A DNA stretch of 51,548 nt from Escherichia phage SKA49. Shown here in pieces: positions 36,031 through 45,743 of the stretch. The notes beneath the pieces were generated by a model. That model did no database searches. It worked only from the letters and a program-made list of their open reading frames with translations, and had not been told where the DNA came from. The stretch lies in the sequence record NC_079180.1. One strand, 5' to 3'. Within the stretch, counting starts at the first letter, position 1. Every line of letters starts with the position of its first letter. The translations under genes were made by a program, and so were the position numbers.

Positions 36031-36489
36031 ATGGCTTGTGAATTGCTTCAACGTGAATTCACAAACTCCAAAGGCGAAACAGTGTTAGTCGTTGTTCGAC
36101 AATTGTCGGCTTCGGCTGCACTGTCTCTTCACGCGGAGTTGGTAAGCAAGTTAGGCTCACGAGTATTTCCATTCATCGAAGGTAAATATAACTTCGCTGA
36201 TATTATATACTTGATGCAGCAAGTAGAGCATACCGTATTCACAGAATTGTTTAAGCGTGTTATCAGCATGCACTCGTCCATAGACGGACAAGAAATCAAA
36301 CCTGCATTATATGATATGCAGTTCAATGGCGAATTGATGTTGTCTTGCCATGTCTTTGCTTTCGTGCTCGAAGCAAACTTCCTTGATTTTTTCAAGCAAG
36401 GGCTCGAAATCCACGAACAGAGACGATTGGAGGCGGAGGAAGCATCCAAGCTGGCAGAGCAGAAGAATTCGAGTCCGGAGACAGTTTAG
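36031..36489 (+). CDS. tail assembly chaperone (zero-frame product)
   Basis: Position between tube and tape-measure genes; contains slippery site near 3' end. Confidence 0.55.
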   Translation: MACELLQREFTNSKGETVLVVVRQLSASAALSLHAELVSKLGSRVFPFIEGKYNFADIIYLMQQVEHTVFTELFKRVISMHSSIDGQEIKPALYDMQFNGELMLSCHVFAFVLEANFLDFFKQGLEIHEQRRLEAEEASKLAEQKNSSPETV

Positions 36490-36665
36490 TATCCCTGTTC
36501 CCCGACATAAAATATTTTCTGCATCGTCCTATAATCGAAGACAGTTCTCTCTGCAAGTTACGTGAATTGCAAGATGGAACCTATTCGATTATGGACTTAT
36601 TGCTATTCCACGACATTCTCGATTTGCGTAAGAAACTCGAACCAGTAGATGAAGACAATGGCTAA
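36031..36665 (+). CDS. predicted -1 frameshift product of tail assembly chaperone (G-T / E-E'-like)
   Basis: Slippery heptamer T_TTT_TTC at 36387-36393; -1 frame stop TGA 36384-36386 immediately upstream; -1 frame open for 93 codons to TAA 36663-36665, overlapping the tape-measure start. Confidence 0.5.
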
Positions 36666-39600
36666 TCAAAAAGATTTAATGAAGTTGAGCGTTAATGAGT
36701 TAATTGCATTAGGCTCTCAAAGCGGTCTGACTTTCCATGCTGGTATGAAGAAGTCGCACATGGTTCAACAACTTAGTGCGAGCGCTGCTTCGGGATGGCT
36801 GGATACAAATGCAGAATTAATGGGTGGGTCGTTTGAAGATGACAGTTTAATTACTGAATCTTTGGGCGACTCTTCCATGATTTCAGACGCTGCCCACATT
36901 GCACAAGTGCTTTCAAGTGCTGGCTACACAGAAGCATTTCATGCAGCAATGAATGGCCCAACACACCATGTAGAAGCTGTTCACGCATACATGGAAAGGC
37001 TTGGTGTCAACACAGATGATGTGTGGATGCACATGCCAAAGCCAAATCCGAACTTACCGCAAGGTAGCTTCAACATGCTTAATGCCTATATGCGAGATAC
37101 TTTGCAAGGGCATCAAGATATTATGCCAGAAATCCCAGGCCACTATGCTGGGGATATTATGGCTGAATACTCCACCAACCGTGGAAACATTGCTGACTCA
37201 TATAACTACATGGCTCACATGTATGTTGACCGTGAGCAATACAGCAATCATGAACAATACGCAAGAGACATTAGTCGAGTTGCCAAACGTCTGGAACAAG
37301 AGTTACCCGCAGCCTTTAAGGAAGTTGGGTATACCTCGGCCTCTAATGTAGGAAATAAATCGGCCCCACATATTTCTTACATGGATGCACTTCCTCAGAT
37401 TGGTTCTCCTTCAATTGTTTCTGGCATTGCACATCCTCGTGCACCTCTTAACGCATCTGGACTTCCTCTTGGTTCTTATGGTTCTGGCATAAATCCAGAA
37501 TACTCCCTCACTGCATCATTAACTGGTGGCACTGGTTGGAGTGAACCAAGCAAGGCTTTATATTCCTCTATTAGTGAAGCTGTTAAATCTGCTGCCAAAG
37601 TTTATTCTGGTTCCAAAGGGATGATGAATACTCGTCACGAAGTATCTGACCGTGACATGATTATGGACAGCGCAACTCGCTATACAGATTTGGAAGAAGC
37701 CAGAAGCGGGTACGAAAACCTTCGTTCTGAACTTGCAGATGAACCGGCTTATTCTGCATCGAGTGTTCGAGCTATTCTCGAAAACACTTATGACAAAATG
37801 GATTCCGAACCTGTTCGCATTCCAAAGATGAAGGGAGCATCTCAGCGAGTCGAAAAAGATTCGCAATCAACATCTACAGAATTTACAGCACAACTTGGAG
37901 AGGCCACCAATTGGAACTCTGCAAGAATGCGTCGTGAGGAAATTGCGATTGCAAATATGGATAGTGCTGGATTCCGTGATGTATCAGACTATGGTACAGG
38001 ACGTTCCGAGTCTCCCGTCAGATTCCATGACTTAGAACAGGGCAGCCAAGAGTGGCTAGACTTCCGTAAAAACTATGACATAACTGGTTCAACTGTTGGA
38101 ACTTTCTTAGGAAACAACCCATACACCCGACCTTGGGCGGGAATGATTGACAAGATTGGTCTATCTCGTAGTAAAGAGCACAGCGATTTCACTAAGAAGA
38201 TGTTCGCTGATGGTCACAGGACGGAAGAAGAAGCACGCGCTCGTGTTGGTAAGGAATTTGGATTCGATATCAAACAAACTGGCGCTATAACAAATGACAA
38301 CTATCCCGCCTTCATGTATTCTCCTGATGGTCTTATTGGCGATGATGCCATTTGGGAGCACAAGAATCCGCAAAGGGCTGGTAAGTTTGCTGACCTTCTT
38401 AAAGGCGACCATCCAGATTACATGGACCAAATTCAATTTGGTATGCACGTTTCTGGCCGTTCTCGTGCTTTGTTCTCACAAACCATCAACGACGAAACAC
38501 GTTCACAGTGGATTGAGAAGGACGAAGGATGGTACGAGAGAAACAGAAATCGCCTTGATTCTGTTCTTGGCCGTCTTGATGCTGGGCGAGAGTTTGTTAG
38601 AAACAATGCTGGACTAGACCGAGAAGAACTGATTGCTGGTGCAAGAAGTGCAATGACTGGTGATGGTATCTGGAAGGATATTCGTCAAAGGTCAACTCGT
38701 GGCTACTCTGCCATTGCTGGAACTCCAGAAGACCCATTTATTGGTTCACGTTCTTCGTACAATCCAAAGGCATCATATTCTGACTACCAGCCAAACTTTG
38801 TAATGCACGAGCAAAACTTTCCAGCAACCACAGGAAACGGTGATACTGGAAACGACTCGATGGCATTGTCTGTTAAGAAAGGTATCCTTGCTGCTCAGGA
38901 AGAAAACAGGCAGAAGGGTATTGGTGCAGATGCAGACTTTAATGGCAAAGCCGATTCAATGGGTTGGGACCGCGAAAGATTTGATGCTGCCAATGGCGGT
39001 GGATATTCTGGCGGTGGTGGTGGTCGTGGCGGCAACTTCACAAGCGGTGGCAACTACTATGATGACTACGGTCGCATGGGTGGTTCACTAGCTGCTGGCA
39101 TTGCTGGAGGTAGTATTGGTTCAGCAACCAACGGAGTTATGCAAGCATTAATGGCAACTCCTGCGGGACGTATGGCTGCTGTAGGCATTGGTGCTATTCA
39201 GATTGGCAATGAAGCTGCTGAATACATGAATGACTTTATCGGCAACTCGCTTGATGCTGGCGTGATAAATCCTAATGAATACTCTTCTATGTCGCAAGGC
39301 TTGGAGATGTTAGGACTCAACTCACAACAAGCGGCACGTCTGAATCAAACCACACATAGTGCCTACAACACCATGCTTAACGGCGACCCCAGCGCCGCTG
39401 TGAACATCGTTCGCGGCAGTAGGGGATTGCTCACCATAGGTGATATTCGTGCGACAGGCGGCGACCCTGTGGCCCTAGCTCGCATCATGCAGGAAAGGGG
39501 CAAGGAGCGTGGCTGGAGTCAGGCCCGTATCGCAGGTGCTGCCGAAATGGCTGGCCTGAATGGGATGGCGCGAGCCTACGACCGCACGGAATACAGCCAT

Positions 39601-40374
39601 GAGCAAGCTGGTTCGGTGGTAGAAGCGGGTAGAAACTCTGACTTTGCCGAAGGTATGGCCCAGTCGGAAATGTTGCAGGGAAGCCGCGCACGGATGCTGC
39701 CGAGCTACAACGTGCCACAAAGTGTCTTATCTAACGGTGCTTCCGTATTCGAGGCTGGCAGTGATTCACTTGATAGTGTACGCACTGGATTCAATAATAC
39801 GCGAGAATTTGCTGGAAGTGTTTACGACTTTATCGCCCAGGAAGAATCTGGCGGTCGTGAATATAACAAAGATGGTTCTCGTGTAACAAGTCGTACTGGT
39901 GCTCGTGGGATAATGCAGATTCTTCCTTCAACAGCTCGTGACCCAGGATTTGGAATCAGGCCGTCTGATGGAACTCCGGAAGATGATGCACGAGTTGGTC
40001 GTGAATATTATGACGCAATGTACAAGCGTTATGGCGACCACGAAAAGGCAATGGCTGCTTACACCGATGGTCCTGGAACTGTTGACAAAGCTGTTGATAA
40101 GAATGGGCTGGATTGGCTAACTGCTGTTCCTGTACAAGCACAGAATCGCGTCAAAGCATTCCGTGAATGGGCCAAGTCTTCTCAGACTTTGGAAGAAGGT
40201 GCTACAGGGTTTACTCGCAATGGAATGTCGTACGGTCAAACCCAAACTGTTGTTAATGTTAAGATTGATGCTAAGGTCAACAACCAGACTGCTTCTGCTA
40301 CAGTGGCAATTCCTGGTGGTCAGACTGTGACTCAACAAATGAACATGCACAATGGTGCGCAACAAAGAAGATAA
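36649..40374 (+). CDS. tape-measure-like large virion protein with C-terminal lytic transglycosylase domain
   Basis: Transglycosylase motifs QEESGG, GARGIMQILPSTA, AYTDGPGTV; Gly-rich segment; N-terminal Rho_N-like LSVNELIALGSQSGL; mid-region YqaJ-like motifs ITGSTVG...NPY, EHKNP, DQIQFGMHVSG. Confidence 0.6.
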   Translation: MKTMANQKDLMKLSVNELIALGSQSGLTFHAGMKKSHMVQQLSASAASGWLDTNAELMGGSFEDDSLITESLGDSSMISDAAHIAQVLSSAGYTEAFHAAMNGPTHHVEAVHAYMERLGVNTDDVWMHMPKPNPNLPQGSFNMLNAYMRDTLQGHQDIMPEIPGHYAGDIMAEYSTNRGNIADSYNYMAHMYVDREQYSNHEQYARDISRVAKRLEQELPAAFKEVGYTSASNVGNKSAPHISYMDALPQIGSPSIVSGIAHPRAPLNASGLPLGSYGSGINPEYSLTASLTGGTGWSEPSKALYSSISEAVKSAAKVYSGSKGMMNTRHEVSDRDMIMDSATRYTDLEEARSGYENLRSELADEPAYSASSVRAILENTYDKMDSEPVRIPKMKGASQRVEKDSQSTSTEFTAQLGEATNWNSARMRREEIAIANMDSAGFRDVSDYGTGRSESPVRFHDLEQGSQEWLDFRKNYDITGSTVGTFLGNNPYTRPWAGMIDKIGLSRSKEHSDFTKKMFADGHRTEEEARARVGKEFGFDIKQTGAITNDNYPAFMYSPDGLIGDDAIWEHKNPQRAGKFADLLKGDHPDYMDQIQFGMHVSGRSRALFSQTINDETRSQWIEKDEGWYERNRNRLDSVLGRLDAGREFVRNNAGLDREELIAGARSAMTGDGIWKDIRQRSTRGYSAIAGTPEDPFIGSRSSYNPKASYSDYQPNFVMHEQNFPATTGNGDTGNDSMALSVKKGILAAQEENRQKGIGADADFNGKADSMGWDRERFDAANGGGYSGGGGGRGGNFTSGGNYYDDYGRMGGSLAAGIAGGSIGSATNGVMQALMATPAGRMAAVGIGAIQIGNEAAEYMNDFIGNSLDAGVINPNEYSSMSQGLEMLGLNSQQAARLNQTTHSAYNTMLNGDPSAAVNIVRGSRGLLTIGDIRATGGDPVALARIMQERGKERGWSQARIAGAAEMAGLNGMARAYDRTEYSHEQAGSVVEAGRNSDFAEGMAQSEMLQGSRARMLPSYNVPQSVLSNGASVFEAGSDSLDSVRTGFNNTREFAGSVYDFIAQEESGGREYNKDGSRVTSRTGARGIMQILPSTARDPGFGIRPSDGTPEDDARVGREYYDAMYKRYGDHEKAMAAYTDGPGTVDKAVDKNGLDWLTAVPVQAQNRVKAFREWAKSSQTLEEGATGFTRNGMSYGQTQTVVNVKIDAKVNNQTASATVAIPGGQTVTQQMNMHNGAQQRR

Positions 40375-40380
40375 GGAGTT

Positions 40381-40406
40381 GGGGAGAAATCCCCAGCTTT
40401 CCTTTT
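40381..40406 (+). terminator. intrinsic terminator (GGGGA-GAAA-TCCCC then AGCTTTCCTTTT)
   Basis: GNRA tetraloop hairpin with T-rich tail directly after tape-measure stop. Confidence 0.55.
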
Positions 40407-40425
40407 ACATTAGTTGAACATGTAT
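40407..40425 (+). promoter_or_regulatory. phage promoter-like motif ACATTAGTTGAACATGTAT
   Basis: Immediately after terminator, 23 nt before baseplate gene 40448. Confidence 0.45.
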
Positions 40426-40447
40426 TAATTTCAATAGGTATATCGCA

Positions 40448-41542
40448 ATGCCGTGGATGCGCAGAGTTGAGATAATTGTTTCTCGTAAAGATGACCCAAG
40501 TGTGCAGACGATATTCAAATCACATCGAATTGATTTCGAAGTTCGTTCTACTGTTGGGTGGCCCGCCGATACGGCAAACGTAACTCTGTTCAACTTGTCT
40601 TTGGAAGAAGTTAAGTTCTTGCAGGATAAGTCCTATGGAGATATGTATATCGAAATTCGTGCAGGGTATGCAGAAGATGAACGTGGTGCTTCTTCTGGTG
40701 GCGTTAAAAACTACCGAAGGTCTGAATCTTCTAGCAATGTTATCGAAGTAAATACTTCACTGCCTACGCTATTCTCTGGGATAATTACAAACGCAGTTGG
40801 CTACAGAAAGCCCCCTGAACATATCACACAATTATTCTGCATTTCGAAAGCGTATGGTGCATCAACCGACTTCTCCCAAATGAGGGCAATCCCTACTGGC
40901 TCAACCTTGAAGGATGCTATTCGCTCTATGTGTTTGGACTATGGCTTCAATACCATATCCACATTTGGCGTAGAAGATGAGGTAATGAATCAAGTTATGC
41001 CTCGTGGTCGTGTGTTCCATGATACATTCCTAATTGAGTTTCGTGCGATGTTGGGAGAATACAATCTCCTGTTTTCTGTAACTACTGGTGAGGTACAGAT
41101 ATTCCCAGATACCTTTGGGGATAAAGATGCAGTAAACAGAATGTCCAAAGACCGTGAACCAATCAAGTTGGATGCCAACTCAGTTATTGGAAACCCTGTT
41201 GCTGGAATTTGTACCTACACACTTAGCACCTTCCTGAACCCAGCATACCAGCCAGGGATGATTCTTGATGTTTCACCGCTACTGGGAACTCAGCTCCTTG
41301 CAAATGGTGTGACGGCAATACAGGGCGATGGCGTTGTTCTTAACACCGACCAATCTGTATTCCGATGGGCTGTTGAAGATAAATACTTCATCATGGAAGT
41401 TGTTCATAAAGGTTCTACACACGCCATTGATTATAAGACTTCCATCACTGCAATACTTGGTGGCAATACTATGATGGGTGGTAAAGAGGCTGCGTGGCAA
41501 GAAATGTATGCCAATAGTGGCATGGCTATGGAGTCATTCTAA
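40448..41542 (+). CDS. tail/baseplate protein (Mu gpN / P2 gpD-like position)
   Basis: 364-aa ORF directly after tape measure. Confidence 0.45.
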   Translation: MPWMRRVEIIVSRKDDPSVQTIFKSHRIDFEVRSTVGWPADTANVTLFNLSLEEVKFLQDKSYGDMYIEIRAGYAEDERGASSGGVKNYRRSESSSNVIEVNTSLPTLFSGIITNAVGYRKPPEHITQLFCISKAYGASTDFSQMRAIPTGSTLKDAIRSMCLDYGFNTISTFGVEDEVMNQVMPRGRVFHDTFLIEFRAMLGEYNLLFSVTTGEVQIFPDTFGDKDAVNRMSKDREPIKLDANSVIGNPVAGICTYTLSTFLNPAYQPGMILDVSPLLGTQLLANGVTAIQGDGVVLNTDQSVFRWAVEDKYFIMEVVHKGSTHAIDYKTSITAILGGNTMMGGKEAAWQEMYANSGMAMESF

Positions 41543-42444
41543 TGTCTATTTTCGATACAAACTTAGTTGATAGTGCTGCTGGTGTACTAAAGAACTTTAG
41601 CTACGGGCATCACCCTTCAATTGTTATGTGGTCCAACGGAGTAGTTGACCAAAAGGAAGATGATGAGTCTTTCCTTGGAAGCATAACTGGTGGCGTGTCC
41701 CGTGCACTGGAAAGTATCCCGCTTGTTGGTGATTCTCTTCCAGAAAGTTTTAGCTCTTTTAAGTTTGATGCAATGGTTAGTGAGGAACACGAAGCCGCAT
41801 CAACTGTAACCAAGTTTCCTGTAAGTTCTGGCTTTCTTGTCAGTGACCATGTTATCAACCAGAACCGGGTCTTGAAGTTAACTGCTGTTGCTGTCAACAT
41901 GCAAAACTCTTCAATGTGGTCTGCCTCACTACAGGGCTTGTCTGTAGCAACTGGTGCAATCTTCAACTCCCCAGCTTTGTCTGTTATGGGGAGTGCAATT
42001 GGCGCTGTTGCTTCAACATTTGAAACAAGCAACCGAATTCAATCAACCTATGATTTGTTTAACAATTTCCGAACGACAGGAAAGAAGCTCTACATATCCA
42101 CAATACTCGGCCCGTATCTGAATTGTGTAGTGACGTCAATCAAGGCGAAGCACGACAAGAACACTTCGGCAATGCTGGCAGTAGAGATTTTGTTGGAAGA
42201 GCTTCAAACAATAGGCACGGATGCCTTGGCGGTGGAAGCAAGAAAGGCAATGGAATCAATGTATGACTATTCCGACTTTGCCAAGACTGCAACAAACTTA
42301 GGCATGGGTGCGCTTGGTGGCGTTCCTCTCCCAGGATTGGGTGATGTATTTGGTGTATCTTCTGTGACACAACTTGCCAACCTTAAAGGCAAACTTGAGT
42401 TACTTAATTCTCCAGTATCTTCTGTTAAGGGTGTTCTCCTGTGA
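41542..42444 (+). CDS. baseplate hub protein (putative)
   Basis: Position between tape measure and spike genes. Confidence 0.4.
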   Translation: MSIFDTNLVDSAAGVLKNFSYGHHPSIVMWSNGVVDQKEDDESFLGSITGGVSRALESIPLVGDSLPESFSSFKFDAMVSEEHEAASTVTKFPVSSGFLVSDHVINQNRVLKLTAVAVNMQNSSMWSASLQGLSVATGAIFNSPALSVMGSAIGAVASTFETSNRIQSTYDLFNNFRTTGKKLYISTILGPYLNCVVTSIKAKHDKNTSAMLAVEILLEELQTIGTDALAVEARKAMESMYDYSDFAKTATNLGMGALGGVPLPGLGDVFGVSSVTQLANLKGKLELLNSPVSSVKGVLL

Positions 42445-42809
42445 CAAACGCTGAAACACAAGCACAGGCATTTAATGAAATCATTAGCCTTCTTCCTACA
42501 GGCTACGTGAAGACTGTCCCGTTTGATGTTTCCAAGGATGTATCCTTTGAGTTCTCTGGCGTCACAGTTAAAATGTCTGCCCTTTATTTAAACACGTATT
42601 TGAACTGCTACATGTTTGACCTGGCCTGGGGAGCGACGAATAAAATATTCGGAATCCCCATCCGTTGTGGTATTGACATTCTTGAACAATACTCGACGCC
42701 ACTTCCAAACATGTATGCAACAAATACGATATTCCCTGGACAAGAGGTTGTGAGCTACAAGCAACTTTCTCTGTTCATTATTGATGCGAGTGTTCTTGAA
42801 CGTGGCTAG
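42441..42809 (+). CDS. baseplate-associated small protein (GTG start)
   Basis: Track ORF. Confidence 0.4.
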   Translation: MTNAETQAQAFNEIISLLPTGYVKTVPFDVSKDVSFEFSGVTVKMSALYLNTYLNCYMFDLAWGATNKIFGIPIRCGIDILEQYSTPLPNMYATNTIFPGQEVVSYKQLSLFIIDASVLERG

Positions 42810-43596
42810 TCATAACAACAATCAAAATGCTCCAGATATTAATACCAGTTATCCAGGGCATATCTACAACTTTGATGCTGTAACGCAAACGTGTGAAGTA
42901 CAACTTGCAATAGAAAACTTGTTTGTTGGATATGCAGAAGCGTATTCATTACAACCTAAACAAAGATTGCAAGGAGTTCCGGTTCAATTCATTCAGGGTG
43001 GTGGGTGGAGTTTGACTCACCCTGTTCCTGACGGTACTCCATGCTATGTACACTTCTCACAGCGTGGTATCGACCACTGGTTATCAGAGAACAAGGATGC
43101 TGCTGGAATGATTGGTTCAAGACCTTCACCAGCATTCAGTCAACTGTTCTCGCACAATGCTGCCGTATGTACGATTGGTACTCAGCCGATTCCAAAAGTT
43201 ATTGCCGGATTTGCTGGTGATGTTACAGAACTTCGTAATGCAGACAGAAGCCAGCGACTGACAATGCACGCAAGTGGTTTAATTGAAATCATTACGGGTG
43301 CTGCCAAAATTCAAATCACGAAAGATTCGGAGATTTTAATTGAAGTTACGTCGCAAGCAACAGTTAAAGCGCCGCAGATTACTCTGGACGGCGACACAAC
43401 AGTCACCAAATCATTAACTGTTTTAGGTGGCATGGCTGTATCTGGAACCAAGAATGGTTCTACTGCAACGTTCACTGGCAACTTCAAGATGGACGGCAAC
43501 ATGACTCAAACTGGCTCCCTCACCCTTAATGGTATTAAGGTTGATGGTCACACCCACACTAACCCAGAAGGCGGCGATGTTGGGCCGATGAAATAA
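42784..43596 (+). CDS. baseplate central spike protein (gpV-like)
   Basis: C-terminal IKVDGHTHTNPEGG His-x-His tip; in frame with track ORF 42781..43596. Confidence 0.55.
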   Translation: MRVFLNVASHNNNQNAPDINTSYPGHIYNFDAVTQTCEVQLAIENLFVGYAEAYSLQPKQRLQGVPVQFIQGGGWSLTHPVPDGTPCYVHFSQRGIDHWLSENKDAAGMIGSRPSPAFSQLFSHNAAVCTIGTQPIPKVIAGFAGDVTELRNADRSQRLTMHASGLIEIITGAAKIQITKDSEILIEVTSQATVKAPQITLDGDTTVTKSLTVLGGMAVSGTKNGSTATFTGNFKMDGNMTQTGSLTLNGIKVDGHTHTNPEGGDVGPMK

Positions 43597-43967
43597 TGGC
43601 TGGTAATTTAGCTTTAGATTCAAACCACGACATTATTATTGGGCGTGGTGCAACACGTATATCGGGGGCCGCTCAGGTGGCCCAACTGGTTAAGTGCAGA
43701 CTGTTAACATTATTTGGCGAGTGGGCTTTGGATGACACTATCGGTCTTCCTTGGTATGAGTCCATATTCACCAAACAGGTTCGTGTATCCGATATAGAAT
43801 CCGCTGTTGCAAACATTATTCGTGGCACTGCGGGAGTTCAGCAACTCTTGTCTATTGACATTGATGCTGACTTCCGAACTCGCCAACTTAATATTTCATT
43901 CGTAGCCATCTCTGACTATGGCGATATTTCGGAAACTGTAACATGGCTACAATACAGTATGGCGTAA
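43596..43967 (+). CDS. baseplate wedge protein (gpW/gp25-like)
   Basis: 123 aa, directly before J-like gene; LTLFGEW...D..GLPW pattern. Confidence 0.5.
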   Translation: MAGNLALDSNHDIIIGRGATRISGAAQVAQLVKCRLLTLFGEWALDDTIGLPWYESIFTKQVRVSDIESAVANIIRGTAGVQQLLSIDIDADFRTRQLNISFVAISDYGDISETVTWLQYSMA

Positions 43968-45100
43968 CAGAAGACGGGTTTGTAAGAAAGCCCGTTACAG
44001 AAGTTGTTAAAAGTCTTAATAACAAATTCATTGCAGCGTTTGGTGCTAACTTCGATGTAAGTCCTGAATCCCCAGATGGGCAGGTTATCGGAATAGTTGC
44101 TGACGAAATCGCAACATGCTGGGAGCAAGCTCAGCAAGTATTTAACGCATATCGACCTGGCGCTGTTGAAGGAGTCGGACTTGATAACGTTTGCGAACTT
44201 ACCAATACTAAGCGATATGTTAATAAACCATCCCAAGCAACTGTGTATTGCGACGGTACTGTTGGCACTTTGGTTCCTGCTGGCTCGCTTGTTAGTGATG
44301 GTAGTCGTCAGTTTAGGCTAGATACTGATGTAACCTTACCTGGTGATGTTACCGTTATCGCAACAGAGCCTGGAGAGTATTACATTGCTGCTAATACAAT
44401 CATTAACATAGTGACACCTATTGCTGGCTGGACTTCTGTAACCAACCCAACAATTGGTACAACTGGTATTGACTATGAATCAGACCCAGAACTCCGAGCA
44501 CGCCGTGACAAAACAACGGCAGTCAATTCAGCCACGACAGCAGAAGCCATCTATGCTTCACTCGCTGACCTTGATATTGATTACATTCGTGTTCGTGATA
44601 ATGATACCGATGCTGCTATTGGCAGTCAGCCTCCAGGCACTGTCTTTGTTGTAGTTGATGGCGGCACAAGTAACGATATTGCTCGACGCATTTATAATGC
44701 CAAAACTGGTGGTGTTCCTACTCATGGTGACATTGAAATCACAATCAATGACTCTCGTGGCTACCCGCACCCAATCAAGTTCAGTCGGCCAGTTCGTACC
44801 CCAATCTTTGTCAAAGGTACTTTCCGTCGTCGTTCTTCTGCAAACATTAGTTCCAATGATGCTGCTGAAAGATTGCGAGAAGCTGCCATTGCATATTTAA
44901 ACAGCTTACAGCCTGGTGATGATGTAGTTTGGTCAAACATGTTTGGGCCGATTATGTCTGCCGTGCAATATATTGAAGTTGATTCGTTGTTCATTGGCCT
45001 GTCTGCAAATCCGACAAGCACTGCAACAATTGAACTCGACATTGATAAGCGCGCCCAAGGTCTGGAAGCTAATATCAAATTCACTGACGTAACGGTGTAA
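43943..45100 (+). CDS. baseplate J-like protein
   Basis: 385 aa, position in baseplate module. Confidence 0.6.
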   Translation: MATIQYGVTEDGFVRKPVTEVVKSLNNKFIAAFGANFDVSPESPDGQVIGIVADEIATCWEQAQQVFNAYRPGAVEGVGLDNVCELTNTKRYVNKPSQATVYCDGTVGTLVPAGSLVSDGSRQFRLDTDVTLPGDVTVIATEPGEYYIAANTIINIVTPIAGWTSVTNPTIGTTGIDYESDPELRARRDKTTAVNSATTAEAIYASLADLDIDYIRVRDNDTDAAIGSQPPGTVFVVVDGGTSNDIARRIYNAKTGGVPTHGDIEITINDSRGYPHPIKFSRPVRTPIFVKGTFRRRSSANISSNDAAERLREAAIAYLNSLQPGDDVVWSNMFGPIMSAVQYIEVDSLFIGLSANPTSTATIELDIDKRAQGLEANIKFTDVTV

Positions 45101-45101
45101 C

Positions 45102-45743
45102 ATGGCTACTAAACATGGCTTGGAGATGTTGTTATCTCAGTATTACAACTCGCCAAACTTAAAGAAGTATATTTCAATCTTTGTTGAAGAGTTTGCGGAA
45201 GTTAAACAAGCCATGTCCGATTCTGTAAAGTATCGCTACCTTGCAGATTCCTTTGGCGTCATGGTTGACGACATTGCCTATATTGTTGGCACTGAACGTG
45301 TAATCTACGGCGCCGAAGCTCTCGGATACTTTGGCTTCTATCGTGACCCGTCTGCATTCCCAGCTGGGGATGACAACGACCCAGATATTGGCGGCATACT
45401 TAAGTCCGATTATGATAAAGATTCTGGCGACTTTATTCGTACAGACTTGCAACTTAAGAATGCTATCAAGGCCAGGATTACCAAAATCACTGGCAACTGT
45501 AATATCGAGCAAATCATTACATACCTTGAGCTTCTAATTGGGCGTGACTTAGACCTTGAAATCAAAGAAGGGTTTAAGCGTATGGACTACATTGTCCACG
45601 AAAGTTTGTCTGTTGCTGATAAGGTTATGCTGGCCCACACGATTCCACAATTTAAACCTGTGGGAATCACTGTAACACTTCGAGATAATAATGGCGTTAT
45701 CGACCTGGTGTTCAGTTCTAAAGACTACCCGCCGGAGACATGA
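45102..45743 (+). CDS. baseplate protein (gpI / Mu gp48-like)
   Basis: 213 aa following J-like gene. Confidence 0.45.
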   Translation: MATKHGLEMLLSQYYNSPNLKKYISIFVEEFAEVKQAMSDSVKYRYLADSFGVMVDDIAYIVGTERVIYGAEALGYFGFYRDPSAFPAGDDNDPDIGGILKSDYDKDSGDFIRTDLQLKNAIKARITKITGNCNIEQIITYLELLIGRDLDLEIKEGFKRMDYIVHESLSVADKVMLAHTIPQFKPVGITVTLRDNNGVIDLVFSSKDYPPET

